Below, one piece after another: positions 27,329-38,322 of a stretch of 64,000 nucleotides of DNA (within the stretch, counting starts at the first letter, position 1; each line of letters opens with the position of its first letter). The stretch comes from an uncultured virus (IMG/VR IMGVR_UViG_3300008448_000043) (taxonomy: Duplodnaviria; Heunggongvirae; Uroviricota; Caudoviricetes): IMG/VR virus record IMGVR_UViG_3300008448_000043, one strand, 5' to 3'. Under the pieces are notes generated by a model. That model searched no databases and was not told the DNA's origin. It saw only the letters and a program-made list of their open reading frames with translations. A program made the translations under genes and the position numbers.

Positions 27329-27756
27329 GGTTTTGGATATTTGGTTTTAATTGCAGTAATCTTAGCTTGCATGTCGGAAGCAGCACTTCCACCCTTCCAC
27401 ATAGCATCAAGCTGATCCCCAAGAGAAGGATATTCCACCCTACGAAGAGCGTAATAGTCCGGAATATCGGGCCTAACAATTTCACCTTTTAAAATTTCTA
27501 CGGTTTCGATATTGTTAGTGAAAGGATCTGTGTATTCTCTGGTTTTAGGACTTAATGCTTCCCACTGAGCTTCTTTTGAGTCGATATCAGAATAAACCTG
27601 TGACTCTATAGAGCTCAAGTAAGTAGAAAGATCCGCATTTGCTGGAATATACACCGACCAATCATATTCCTGATCATTATGACTGACTTTAAGAATAGCT
27701 AGAGATCGTTCATCACCAGCAACCCCAGATAACCCTTCAAGCGAAATACTACTCAT
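27325..27756 (-). CDS. tail fibre assembly-like protein
   Basis: C-terminal 'RRVEYPSLGDQLDAMWK...IKTKYPKP' typical of phage fibre chaperones. Confidence 0.65.
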   Translation of the reverse strand: MSSISLEGLSGVAGDERSLAILKVSHNDQEYDWSVYIPANADLSTYLSSIESQVYSDIDSKEAQWEALSPKTREYTDPFTNNIETVEILKGEIVRPDIPDYYALRRVEYPSLGDQLDAMWKGGSAASDMQAKITAIKTKYPKP

Positions 27757-29117
27757 TTTACTGCCTCCAATCTAAAGTTCTTACCTATGTGCATACCCTG
27801 CTGAGGTAAGATTTGAATGTCTTTGTATCCAATCTCGGTTAATATATCACTCAACACTTTTGGATAGTATCCCCACAGGTGTGGTGACTTTGTACCGTAC
27901 TTCTTAACTTCTTCTGACGGTACTTCTTCACCATGAGCAACGCCGTAAATACACACGGTGAGCCAGTACCTCTCATCATCAGTCTCTGCTTCAACGAAAG
28001 ATCTACACAGACCTTCAAGGTCCGGCAATTCCATTACAAGTTTGCCACCAGGCTTTAACACATCAAACCACTTCTTAAGCAACTCTGGACCTCTATGGTG
28101 AGGTATATGCTCAATTAAATGAGAAGCCATGATTTCATCTGCACACGCTTCCGGAAGATCAACTTCAAAGATATCTTCGTTAATATCAGCTGAATTATCA
28201 TACTTGTCAACACCAATATACCCTGGAATTTTGTCTCTACCACAACCAATGTTAAACTTGAGAGGTTGCCCTTCTTCCATCATTTGGTTAATAAGACTCT
28301 TGTAGCCTTTTGATGGCCCAGTACCTTCCGGCAATCTATCTATCCAACGACGATCAATAAAGTCTTTGTCGTCCAATGTTAATGGTCTTGTTGGCTTGAT
28401 ATTTGTATAGTAGTTTTTCAAGTCAACTGATGGATGTGCGGTATACATTCCAGTTGCTAAATCCATATGCAAACATTGAACATCTGTGTCTACAAGTAAC
28501 TTTGTTCCACGTTTATGCAACCTATGAACGAAGAAATTATCTTCACCAATAAATGGAATTTCATCGTTGATATTTGTGCCAATGCAACAGAACGGAAGTT
28601 CCGGATCTTCTTCCTTCATCTGACGAAGAATCTCAATTGGTATCAACATAATGTCCATACCTGTTTGCCAAGCATCAATTACTTGACCAGGGTCAACATT
28701 TGGTATAGTGATCCAGTTGCCTTCACGAACCATGATCATGGCATCAGAACACTTAATGTAGTAAACACCTGTAACAACCGAATTTGGATTCTGCTCAGCT
28801 GTTCTCATAAGTTTCTTAAACGCATCATAGGGAACTACCGTATCTTCACCAATAAAGAGAAGGTATTTTGCACCACTTTCTAACGCTCGTTCAATCAAAT
28901 AGTTTCTTGCAACATCAACCTTCTCACCCCCAATGTTACAGAAACCATGAGAGAAGCCCATGAGGTCTACATGGAGGCCTTCATATCCATCAAAGTTCTG
29001 AGCAGCAGTCTCACTCAAATCTCGTCTTGGTTGTGCAATCATTACATAAGGCTGAATCGTTTTAGATTCATCATATATTTCTTGCATCACACTAATTATT
29101 TTATCTCGATTATACAT
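27753..29117 (-). CDS. GT-A glycosyltransferase-like domain fused to class I SAM methyltransferase
   Basis: 'VDVARNYL...KYLLFIGED' GT2-like N half; 'NIGCG', 'SHLIEH', 'VLKPGG' MTase C half. Confidence 0.75.
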   Translation of the reverse strand: MYNRDKIISVMQEIYDESKTIQPYVMIAQPRRDLSETAAQNFDGYEGLHVDLMGFSHGFCNIGGEKVDVARNYLIERALESGAKYLLFIGEDTVVPYDAFKKLMRTAEQNPNSVVTGVYYIKCSDAMIMVREGNWITIPNVDPGQVIDAWQTGMDIMLIPIEILRQMKEEDPELPFCCIGTNINDEIPFIGEDNFFVHRLHKRGTKLLVDTDVQCLHMDLATGMYTAHPSVDLKNYYTNIKPTRPLTLDDKDFIDRRWIDRLPEGTGPSKGYKSLINQMMEEGQPLKFNIGCGRDKIPGYIGVDKYDNSADINEDIFEVDLPEACADEIMASHLIEHIPHHRGPELLKKWFDVLKPGGKLVMELPDLEGLCRSFVEAETDDERYWLTVCIYGVAHGEEVPSEEVKKYGTKSPHLWGYYPKVLSDILTEIGYKDIQILPQQGMHIGKNFRLEAVK

Positions 29118-29137
29118 AATACCTCACTTCAAATAGT

Positions 29138-31159
29138 TTATAATTTATTAAAATGTGGGGCTAAGCAATATCCAATTGGTGTTTCAACTCCAGTGGATAT
29201 TGATTGTCCTCTAATAGCATTTCTAGGTACAAAGATTATCTCGCCATCAGGTGTTAGTACTCCACCTAAGTAAGCGTTAGAAGTAGTATACACCAAAGAG
29301 TATGTAGATACAACACCAGCAGCAGATACCTTTTGGCCTCTATTGGCACTAAATGGAATGAAGTAAATATCTCCATTAGGAGCAAGAACACCTCCTTGAT
29401 AAGCAGCAGTGACTGTATATACTAAAGAGTAAGTGGATACAACTCCAGCAATTGATATTTTCTGGCCAACGGAAGTTGAATATGGTATAAAATGTATATC
29501 ACCATTAGGTGAAAGGACACCACCAGAATATGCACTGGAAACAGTGGTTAATATGGAATACGTAGACACAGTTCCAGCAGCAGATACCTTTTGACCTACA
29601 CTGGCACTAAATGGAATGAAGTGAATATCTCCATTAGGAGCAAGAACACCACCCAAATAAGCATTTGCAGGGGCGTGGACCAACGAATACGTTGAAACTA
29701 CACCGGTAGAAGAAACTTTCTGTCCTCTATCAGTATTAAAAGGTACAAAATGAACATCACCATTCGGTGCAAGTACCCCACCGTAGTAAGCTGTTGCCGC
29801 TGTATATACTAACGAATAAGTTGATACAACGCCCGATGAGCTAACTTTTTGACCTCTAACTGCCGCATAAGGTACAAAATGAACATCACCGTTAGGTTGA
29901 AGAACTCCACCTAAATAAGCATTAGCTGTTGTATATACTAACGAATAAGTTGATACAACGCCCGATGAGCTAACTTTTTGACCTCTAACTGCCGCATAAG
30001 GTACAAAATGAACATCACCGTTAGGTTGAAGAACTCCACCTGCATAAGAGTTTGTGGTAGTGTAAACTAAAGAATACGTTGATACTACTCCACCAGTACC
30101 GTTATTGTCATAAGGATTACTATTCACCACTCCCCTGTCCATCTGCTTTTTTAAATTATACCACTCAGTAAGATCTGAAGAAATGTTTGTTTCGTCTACT
30201 CTAGGAGCACTGCCTATTGTATTATCTGCTAAAAACGATACGATTACATTTTTAGTACCACTTCCCCAGTTGACAGCACTGTCACTATTGGATGATTCGT
30301 ATATTTGATCTCTAGATAGAGAAGGAGTTAATCCAGTAAACGGAATAAGTGTGTTTGGAGTTACAAGTCCAAATCGTGAAATAGGTAGATTGTTAGAACT
30401 TATATCTTCAAGTACACCAGTTCGGCAAGTTAATATGCTGGTGCCAGATATATCTGTCAAAGGCGATGTTGGTACAGTGAGAGTGGATAATGTTGCATCA
30501 TATCCGGATGGAAGGGTTCCTTTAGTCATCCTATAGTTGCTTATGTAACCCACTAGAGGATTAGGACTTCGCTCAGACCCAATGAACTTATTTGAGGTAG
30601 ATGTAATATTTGTTGTACAAGCAGTGGATGATGCAGCCCCGACTCCGTTTAGATATAGTCGAATTACATTGCTATTTCTTACAACTGCAACATGGGCCCA
30701 TGTGTTGAGAGAGAGTGTACCGGCTGTAATTGTTGTACCTCCAGTTCCATCCCATGTAAAACTGAGCACTAATCCGTTAGTTACAAAAAATGAATATCCA
30801 TTTGTACCAACAGTTCCCTTACCGTTTATACCCTGATTATTACCGGTAGTACTGGTAATATACACCCAGGCCTCCATAACAAAATCACTAGTTTCCGGGT
30901 TCAGCAATGCGTTATCAGAAGTCCTCAGAAAGTCTGTGACAGTATTAACAGTTCCACGAAATTGATTACTCCACCCTGTTGCGTATGTACCCGATCCAAC
31001 CTCCCAATCAGTGCCATCAGTAATACTATACGATGTTTGATTACCTTCACCAATAACTGAAAAGCTCTGATAGCCAGATGCAGCAGATCCAAGAGCTAGG
31101 TTACCAGTTCCTGTAGATGTTGATGTGACTGCTACTCTATCTTTGACAACGTATGGCAC
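29138..31159 (-). CDS. virion/receptor-binding protein: N-domain with LamG insert plus 7x43-aa propeller repeats
   Basis: 'DRVAVTSTSTGTG' N-terminus; LamG-like 'MEAWVY..WAHVAVVRN..GYISNYR'; seven VSTYS..GGVL..NGD..F.P repeats. Confidence 0.8.
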   Translation of the reverse strand: MPYVVKDRVAVTSTSTGTGNLALGSAASGYQSFSVIGEGNQTSYSITDGTDWEVGSGTYATGWSNQFRGTVNTVTDFLRTSDNALLNPETSDFVMEAWVYITSTTGNNQGINGKGTVGTNGYSFFVTNGLVLSFTWDGTGGTTITAGTLSLNTWAHVAVVRNSNVIRLYLNGVGAASSTACTTNITSTSNKFIGSERSPNPLVGYISNYRMTKGTLPSGYDATLSTLTVPTSPLTDISGTSILTCRTGVLEDISSNNLPISRFGLVTPNTLIPFTGLTPSLSRDQIYESSNSDSAVNWGSGTKNVIVSFLADNTIGSAPRVDETNISSDLTEWYNLKKQMDRGVVNSNPYDNNGTGGVVSTYSLVYTTTNSYAGGVLQPNGDVHFVPYAAVRGQKVSSSGVVSTYSLVYTTANAYLGGVLQPNGDVHFVPYAAVRGQKVSSSGVVSTYSLVYTAATAYYGGVLAPNGDVHFVPFNTDRGQKVSSTGVVSTYSLVHAPANAYLGGVLAPNGDIHFIPFSASVGQKVSAAGTVSTYSILTTVSSAYSGGVLSPNGDIHFIPYSTSVGQKISIAGVVSTYSLVYTVTAAYQGGVLAPNGDIYFIPFSANRGQKVSAAGVVSTYSLVYTTSNAYLGGVLTPDGEIIFVPRNAIRGQSISTGVETPIGYCLAPHFNKL

Positions 31160-31168
31160 TTTGAATCC

Positions 31169-33193
31169 TTAATATTTATTTAAAAACGGAGAAAGACAAG
31201 TTTCTGATTTAAAAGGTATGCCTGGGCAGGTAGATATTTTTTGCCCAACAGCTCCGGATAAAGGTACGAAATAGATAGTACCATCGGACTGAAGAATTCC
31301 ACCAATGTATCCATTAGATATAGTGTATACTAAAGAATACGTTGACACTATACCAAGAGCTGATATTTTCTGACCCCTATTAGCATTTTGTGGAATAAAA
31401 TGTATATCACCATTAGGTGCTAACACACCACCAGCATAAGCGTTAGTAGTAGTATATACTAGAGAGTACGTGGACACTATACCAAGAGCTGATATTTTCT
31501 GACCTCTGTTTGCACTTTGTGGAATAAAATGTATATCACCATTAGGTGCTAACACACCACCAGCATAAGCGTTAGTAGTAGTATATACTAGAGAGTACGT
31601 GGACACAACTCCACTAGATGATATCTTTTGACCTCTGTTTGCACTTGCTGGTATAAAATGTATATCACCATCAGGTGCAAGAACACCACCGTTATGAGCA
31701 CCAGATGCAGTATATACTAGAGAATAAGTAGATACAACACCAGCCGCAGATACTTTTTGACCTCTGACAGCATCGGTTGGAACAAAATGAATGTCACCAT
31801 TAGGCGCTAAAGCACCACCGGTGTAGGCAGTTGTTGTGGTATACACTAGTGAGTATGTTGACACTACTCCAGATGCACTCACTTTTTGACCTCTAACTGC
31901 CGCATAAGGTACAAAATGTACTTCTCCATTGGGAGCTAAAACCCCACCAGCATATGCACCAGTAGCTAAAGTATACACCAATGAATATGTAGAAACTACA
32001 CCAGCAGAAGATACTTTTTGTCCTCTATTAGCAAAATACGGCACAAGATGTATATCACCGTTGGGTGCTAGAACACCACCTCGGAAAGCTGTACTGGTAG
32101 CATATACCAAAGAATACGTTGATACAATACCATCAGTATTGTTGTTCTTGAATGTGACTCCGGAGTTTATACTCTTGTATAGATTCTTTTGAAAGTTATT
32201 CCATGCAACTAGATTTGTTCCAATTGAACTATTATCTGCGGTTGGTGTTGTACCCTGAGTATTTTCAGCTGGTTGAGGTATGAATACGTTTTTAGTTCCT
32301 GCTGAGAAATTTACAAGCGATCCACCATTACTAGAATCCAAAACAATATCTCTTTCTAAAGCACTTGGATAGCTTGAAAAAGATGGAGTAATAGTTGAAG
32401 GAAATAGAATACTGGAAGTATTTTGGTATGACCGTGTTAATTGAAATGAATTGAGACTGTTATCTACAATAGTTCTTGACTGGCATGTGAGTATACTTGT
32501 ACCAGAAACTACTGATAAGGGAGATGTTGGCGGTGTAAAACCAGCTGTGTATAAAGCTGTGCCTTTAACTATTCGTACGTTTGAAATATATCCCTGGAAA
32601 AACTCCGCACTAACTCTACTAATACTCCACGATGCAGTACTAGAAGTAATAGAATTAGCACCAGGAGTTACTGGAGTGCCTCTACTGACACCATCAACAT
32701 ATAGATTTGTAGTGGTTCCATTCCTAACAGCAGCCACATGATACCATTGATTTGCAGCAGGTAAAGTGTAGTTTATGTTCTGTGAGATACCAGGAAATTG
32801 AAAGAATTGTAAAATTCCGCTATTAATCCTCAATAAAAATCTGGTGGGTGAATTGTTCCAAGCATCAACAATAAGCTGAGTTGAAGGGGTGACAAGACTT
32901 TCTGGGTATATCCAACATTCAATAGTGAAATTACCAGCACCAAAATCAAAAGCTGAATTTCCAGGAACAAGAATACTTGAATTATTACTAAAGTAATAGC
33001 TAGATGCTGGTCGATTAATGGTACCAATACCAGTTTCCCATTCTGTTCCATTTTCAATAGTATAGTACGTCTGGTTTTGATCACCAACACCAGCAAAATC
33101 CTGATAACCAGACACAGCGGAATCCAATACAACGTTACCTGTTCCTGTTGTAGTGGTTGTAACCTTTGCTCTATCTATAGGGTTAAATGCCAT
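31169..33193 (-). CDS. virion/receptor-binding protein paralogue (LamG insert plus 7x43-aa repeats)
   Basis: Same architecture as 29138-31159. Confidence 0.8.
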   Translation of the reverse strand: MAFNPIDRAKVTTTTTGTGNVVLDSAVSGYQDFAGVGDQNQTYYTIENGTEWETGIGTINRPASSYYFSNNSSILVPGNSAFDFGAGNFTIECWIYPESLVTPSTQLIVDAWNNSPTRFLLRINSGILQFFQFPGISQNINYTLPAANQWYHVAAVRNGTTTNLYVDGVSRGTPVTPGANSITSSTASWSISRVSAEFFQGYISNVRIVKGTALYTAGFTPPTSPLSVVSGTSILTCQSRTIVDNSLNSFQLTRSYQNTSSILFPSTITPSFSSYPSALERDIVLDSSNGGSLVNFSAGTKNVFIPQPAENTQGTTPTADNSSIGTNLVAWNNFQKNLYKSINSGVTFKNNNTDGIVSTYSLVYATSTAFRGGVLAPNGDIHLVPYFANRGQKVSSAGVVSTYSLVYTLATGAYAGGVLAPNGEVHFVPYAAVRGQKVSASGVVSTYSLVYTTTTAYTGGALAPNGDIHFVPTDAVRGQKVSAAGVVSTYSLVYTASGAHNGGVLAPDGDIHFIPASANRGQKISSSGVVSTYSLVYTTTNAYAGGVLAPNGDIHFIPQSANRGQKISALGIVSTYSLVYTTTNAYAGGVLAPNGDIHFIPQNANRGQKISALGIVSTYSLVYTISNGYIGGILQSDGTIYFVPLSGAVGQKISTCPGIPFKSETCLSPFLNKY

Positions 33194-33202
33194 GGATTTT
33201 GT

Positions 33203-34573
33203 TTATAATTTGTTTAAAAAAGGACTCAAGCAAACACCAATTCCTAATGGGTTGCCAGAATTTGTAGATATTTTTTGACCTACAGGTGCGCTAGCTGGAA
33301 CAAAATAAATATCACCATTAGGTGCCAGTACTCCACCAAAATAAGAACCTGACGTAGATACTAAAGAGTAAGTTGAAACAGTACCAGTAGCAGACACTCT
33401 ACTTCCTGCACCAGTCTGAGGTATAAGAAACACATCTCCATTAGGTGCCAGCACAGCGGATCCTGGAGTTGCTGAAAGATTGTGTGAGTACGTAGACACA
33501 ACACCGTTGATACTTACCTTCTGACCTACGGCAGCATTGGATCTGATAAAAACAACATCTCCGTTAAGTGATAATACTCCGCCCACATACGCTTGGGTTG
33601 TGGTATATATAAGCGAATATGTTGAAACGACACCAGCAGAAGATACTTTTTGTCCTACTCTCGCTGCACGAGGAACAAAATAAATGTCACCATTGGGCGC
33701 TAGAACACCACCCGCATATGCTGCAGATGTAGTATACACCAGTGAGTATGTTGAAACCACACCAGTAGCCGATACTTTCTGACCTCTGGTAGCACTGTAT
33801 GGGATAAAATGAATATCTCCATTTTGTGCTAGTACTCCACCATAATATGCGGTGTTGGTAGTAAATACCAGTGAGTATGTACTAACCAAACCAGAAGCTG
33901 ATACTTTCTGACCTCTATTAGCGGTATATGGAACAAAGTGAATATCACCGTTAGGTGCTAACACCCCACCAAAGTAAGCTGCACCGGTGTATACCAATGA
34001 ATAAGTGGATACTACACCCGTTAAATAGTTTACCTTCTGACCTCGAACTGCATTATCGGGTATAAAGTGAATATCGCCATTGGGTGCTAGTACTCCGCCA
34101 GTATACGCTACAGGAGCAGTATACACCAACGAATACGTTGATACTATACCACCTGCATTGTTATTATTGAAAGCTACATCTCCAGCAACTCCGTTATTCA
34201 AAGCAGCTTTAAACATTGTCCAACCGGAAAGATCTGTTCCAACATCATTGTCATCCGCATATGGAACACCACCAGGCATAGCTGCTGCCGGATATACACA
34301 TAGGACATCTTTTGTACCAGCACTAAAGTTAACTAGCTCACCACTATTGGATGAGCTGAACACAACGTCTCGAGAGAGTGTTGTACCAGACGCTGTGTAT
34401 GTTCCTTTACCAACTTCCCACTCGGTAGCACTTTTAATAGTATAGTATGTTTGATTACCGTTTTCAATAACTGAAAAGTCTTGGTAACCCGTAGCTGCAC
34501 TACCAAGAGTGATTGCTCCTGTACCTGTTGTTGTGGTTGTAGACTTTACACGATTTTTTAATATCAATGCCAT
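33203..34573 (-). CDS. virion/receptor-binding protein paralogue (no LamG; 7 repeats)
   Basis: 'MALILKNRVKSTTTTTGTG' N-domain intact; seven repeats. Confidence 0.8.
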   Translation of the reverse strand: MALILKNRVKSTTTTTGTGAITLGSAATGYQDFSVIENGNQTYYTIKSATEWEVGKGTYTASGTTLSRDVVFSSSNSGELVNFSAGTKDVLCVYPAAAMPGGVPYADDNDVGTDLSGWTMFKAALNNGVAGDVAFNNNNAGGIVSTYSLVYTAPVAYTGGVLAPNGDIHFIPDNAVRGQKVNYLTGVVSTYSLVYTGAAYFGGVLAPNGDIHFVPYTANRGQKVSASGLVSTYSLVFTTNTAYYGGVLAQNGDIHFIPYSATRGQKVSATGVVSTYSLVYTTSAAYAGGVLAPNGDIYFVPRAARVGQKVSSAGVVSTYSLIYTTTQAYVGGVLSLNGDVVFIRSNAAVGQKVSINGVVSTYSHNLSATPGSAVLAPNGDVFLIPQTGAGSRVSATGTVSTYSLVSTSGSYFGGVLAPNGDIYFVPASAPVGQKISTNSGNPLGIGVCLSPFLNKL

Positions 34574-37500
34574 TATGTTATGTTACCCGCTATAACGCAA
34601 ACAGTTGAACTTATGAATAGGATTGTAGCCATACCTCTTGTAGCAAGAGTGACAGAAGCAACATCAGTATCTGCTCCTGCAATATAGGCTGTCGTTATTG
34701 AACACGTTATAGTAATAGATCCAGAAGTGTTGTTAAAGATATTTATTGCATCACCCTCAGTAAATGTTGCATCAGGTATTACTATTGATCCACCCGATCC
34801 AATCTGCACATACTTACCAACATCTGATGTGGTCAGAGTATAACTTGAAGTCTTGGTTCCAACAGGAGGAATGTTTCTGAAACCTATAGTAAAAGTTTCA
34901 TCGGGTATCGTTACTGTCCTACTTGCTGTTAGTGTTGTAGGGTTAAGTGTAGCAGCAAATGAACCAGAGCTACCTCTTAGCGATACGGTATTAGATGTTA
35001 CTGTAGACGTGGCATTCACAAAACCAGTAATAGTTGTATTACCAGCTGCTAGTGTGGTTATACCAGATGCAGCACCAGCAATAGTTAAACTAGAACCACC
35101 TTGAATGGTACCAGTAACGTTAGCAAACCCAGCGATTGTTGTGTTACCGGCATCAAGAGTTGTGCCAATAGTGCCAGAACCTGACGTTGTAATCGAGTTT
35201 GCTGTTATAACCCAACGCTGGGATGTTGTGCCAAGCGCAGTACCAATTGTATTTGATGAAGGGTTAACACCAGATCCACCCGAAGAGGTGATACCACCTG
35301 TAGTTATAGCAACATTTACAGATGTATTACCAACAGTAATTATTGTAGAATTAGCTATTAATCCGTTTGAAGATGCACCAATAACTCCAGAACTAAGAGT
35401 AATTAGATTAGCAGTGTTTGCTGCAAAGTTTCCTTCACTATCTCTTGCTATTAATACTGATGCAGTACTTGAACTTGTAGCATTTGCATTAAACTGAGAA
35501 CCACTTAGATAGAGATAGTTTCCAGCTGTGTATGTGCCAGCACCAGAAAACTGTGTATATAATATAGCATCTGTACCAACCGTAGTTACTGATTCTGTCT
35601 GAACCCAACCAGAATTATTATACAACGTACCGTTGGTAACAAAAGTGAAATCACCACCAGCTATTTCAACACCGGAGTCTGTGTCTTGTGCTCTAGTTAA
35701 AACAGTACTACTTGTTCTTTCATATATGCCATTATGAGCTGTGTTGGCTTCATTTTTTACAAGTATACGATTTCCTGGCAGTAAGCTGTACCCATCCAGA
35801 GTTGTTAATGCGACGGACAGTGTCAATGTAGCACCAACACCAGAAGTTCCATTATTGTATGTTACTGTGCCACCTGTAATTACGGCAAGCGTATCTGTGG
35901 TTGCAGCTTCAACTGAAGCGTGAATATGTAAACCCTCAATGAATGTATCAACATACTGCTTGTTAACAGCATCTCTTGGATCAATTGGATCAGCCACATT
36001 AGCAATGATGTTGTTGGACATCTGAACAGTGTTGCTAAATGTAGCTACTCCAAGAACACTGAGAGTACCGTCAGTATCAATGGATACCGGTGTGATAGCA
36101 GTATTGACTGTAGAATTACCTACTGAAAATGCAGTAGATATACTTATTGTACCTGGTAGTCTACCAGTGTTAAGGGTTCCAGATGATATATTAGTAGCGT
36201 TACTACTGTACAATGTTGCATTGGTATATGCGTCCGATGCAGCTGTGTTAGCATTTATAGCAGCATCGTATGCTGTCTTGACACTGTTTGCTGAAGCTGC
36301 GTAAATAGATATAGAGGTATTTGATACACTATCAAGAATAATAACTGCACCGTTAGATGTAGTATTTGCCTGTGGTAGTCTTGCTGGTGAGATTGTTCCA
36401 GATGATATATTAGTAGCGTTACTTGAATAAGCAGTAGCGTTTGAATATGCAGTACTAGAGTTGTCGGCAGCCCAATACGGCGATCCAGTGGTCCCGTTTG
36501 AATATAATAATTGTCCTGCAGTTCCAGTAGATCCATTTGCAGATAATGGTATACCGGTCAGGGTAAGTTGAGATGAATTGGCTATGAAATTGGATCCAAC
36601 CGTATGGCTAGCTGCATTAACTGCACCAATAATGTTCATCATCCCTGTGCCACTCAAAGACCCTACTTGTGTTTCGCCACCGTACCATTTGAAGAATTGG
36701 CCAGCGTCATTACCAGGAATACTAGTCCACAATGCACCAGTATCAACACCAAGTGCATAGTCAACTGAACTGCCGCTTATAGCTGGATATAGTGCTACTT
36801 TGGTGCCTGCACTACGCGTAGTATATGTTGGTGCAGCCACACCATTTGTGTTAAAATCAATACGGTTCTGTGTGGCACCGTTAAGATAAATCTGTGCACC
36901 ACCAGTTGTAGAAGTACCGGTTAATGTATAGGAAACTGTGCCAGTGAAATTACCGATGTTTGCTGAGATTGATGTACTATTAATTACTGAATTAACTGTA
37001 CTATTACCAACTGTGATTGTAGATACAGCTGTTAAGTTGTTTGCCGCATAGCTGGTTGCTGAATCTAAGGTTGCAACTACTGCAAGCTCTCTTATTTGTA
37101 TGTTTACACTACTAGCTGGAGCAGCAGTGAATGTAAGTGTTGTTCCAGATACGGAATAATCTGTACTAGGAGTTTGGACAATACCATTTTCCATCACAAG
37201 CAGACTATTATTTGAAACTCCGTCTGTGACCGTAAACTGAGTACAAGCACCTGTACCTGTGTAGGTTCTAGATACAAAAGCACCTGAACCTGATGACTGG
37301 GTGGTCCAATAAAGAGATGTGCCGTTAGAGGCTAGAATCTGACCACTTGAACCCGTACTACCATTAGCAGTCAAGCCTCCAGTGATTGTTAAATCTGCTA
37401 CTGAGATTGAAGAACCATTGGTAAAACCACCACCAGATACAGTAGACCAGTATGTTGCTGTACCATTAGACGTGAGCACCTGCCCCGTTGTCCCTGTCGA

Positions 37501-38070
37501 TCCATTGGCCATTAACCCTACAGTGTTGCTTATATTGAAAACACTGTTATTAACCTGTAATCTAGTCTGCTCATTAGTTACGAACCCAAGGGTATCTGCC
37601 GCTACTCTGTACATTCCAGTATTGGTATCATCTGTAAAAGCAAAAGAGGGATTCGATTCACTTCCACCACCAACATACATATAACCACCACTTAAAAGCG
37701 ATAGCCCAGACGAATTAAAATAAGCTCTAGCAGTTCCCCCTGTAGAAATACCCAAAAAATCACCAGCATATCTATACAACCCAGTATCTGGATCATTTGA
37801 TAGGGCAATACTAGGGGTTGCAGCTGATCCATCACCTGCTAAAAAGGTATTGGCGGTAACTGTGTTGAGAGAAGCATTCCCAGCAACAGAAAGGCTTGCT
37901 AAATTGGCACCAACCTCAAAGCGAGCAGTACCATTAGACGAAAACATCTTACCATCGGTAAGGTTGAGAGCTAGCTCACCCGTATCAATAAAGTGTGTGT
38001 TACCAGAGTTGGTAGTGTTGGGGGCACGACCAGAGATGGTCGTACGCTTGATTTGTAATTTATTAGCCAT
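34573..38070 (-). CDS. long tail-fibre-like protein
   Basis: N-terminal 'LQIKR...GELALNLTDGKMF' module; Ser/Thr/Asn/Gly-rich; 'DAVNKQYVD' fibre motif; start at ATG 38070 after GAGGGG. Confidence 0.8.
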   Translation of the reverse strand: MANKLQIKRTTISGRAPNTTNSGNTHFIDTGELALNLTDGKMFSSNGTARFEVGANLASLSVAGNASLNTVTANTFLAGDGSAATPSIALSNDPDTGLYRYAGDFLGISTGGTARAYFNSSGLSLLSGGYMYVGGGSESNPSFAFTDDTNTGMYRVAADTLGFVTNEQTRLQVNNSVFNISNTVGLMANGSTGTTGQVLTSNGTATYWSTVSGGGFTNGSSISVADLTITGGLTANGSTGSSGQILASNGTSLYWTTQSSGSGAFVSRTYTGTGACTQFTVTDGVSNNSLLVMENGIVQTPSTDYSVSGTTLTFTAAPASSVNIQIRELAVVATLDSATSYAANNLTAVSTITVGNSTVNSVINSTSISANIGNFTGTVSYTLTGTSTTGGAQIYLNGATQNRIDFNTNGVAAPTYTTRSAGTKVALYPAISGSSVDYALGVDTGALWTSIPGNDAGQFFKWYGGETQVGSLSGTGMMNIIGAVNAASHTVGSNFIANSSQLTLTGIPLSANGSTGTAGQLLYSNGTTGSPYWAADNSSTAYSNATAYSSNATNISSGTISPARLPQANTTSNGAVIILDSVSNTSISIYAASANSVKTAYDAAINANTAASDAYTNATLYSSNATNISSGTLNTGRLPGTISISTAFSVGNSTVNTAITPVSIDTDGTLSVLGVATFSNTVQMSNNIIANVADPIDPRDAVNKQYVDTFIEGLHIHASVEAATTDTLAVITGGTVTYNNGTSGVGATLTLSVALTTLDGYSLLPGNRILVKNEANTAHNGIYERTSSTVLTRAQDTDSGVEIAGGDFTFVTNGTLYNNSGWVQTESVTTVGTDAILYTQFSGAGTYTAGNYLYLSGSQFNANATSSSTASVLIARDSEGNFAANTANLITLSSGVIGASSNGLIANSTIITVGNTSVNVAITTGGITSSGGSGVNPSSNTIGTALGTTSQRWVITANSITTSGSGTIGTTLDAGNTTIAGFANVTGTIQGGSSLTIAGAASGITTLAAGNTTITGFVNATSTVTSNTVSLRGSSGSFAATLNPTTLTASRTVTIPDETFTIGFRNIPPVGTKTSSYTLTTSDVGKYVQIGSGGSIVIPDATFTEGDAINIFNNTSGSITITCSITTAYIAGADTDVASVTLATRGMATILFISSTVCVIAGNIT

Positions 38071-38109
38071 ATGGCCCCTCAAAAACCCTATCTAGGGCTA
38101 TGTTTTGAA

Positions 38110-38322
38110 TTAGAACGTCGAATCAGGAGTTTCTGATTTCTTCTTTGTTCTAGTATTTAGCTTATCTATTTGAGAGTTAGATTCAGATAAAAGCTCAGCT
38201 AGCTGAGCACTCTTTGCCTCAGCTAGCTGTAACCTTGTTTCTAAAATTATGTTTTTTGCTACTAAATCTTCAATCCAGGATTTTTGTTTTGCAATATAAG
38301 CATTAACGAATTCAATTTCCAC
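38110..38322 (-). CDS. small coiled-coil protein
   Basis: 70 aa with heptad pattern; abuts the upstream stop. Confidence 0.7.
   Translation of the reverse strand: MEIEFVNAYIAKQKSWIEDLVAKNIILETRLQLAEAKSAQLAELLSESNSQIDKLNTRTKKKSETPDSTF

Noticed and set aside
29200..34150. CRISPR array or diversity-generating retroelement
   Set aside because: Repeats are in-frame 129-nt coding units; no cas or reverse transcriptase gene in the window; differences are not adenine-specific
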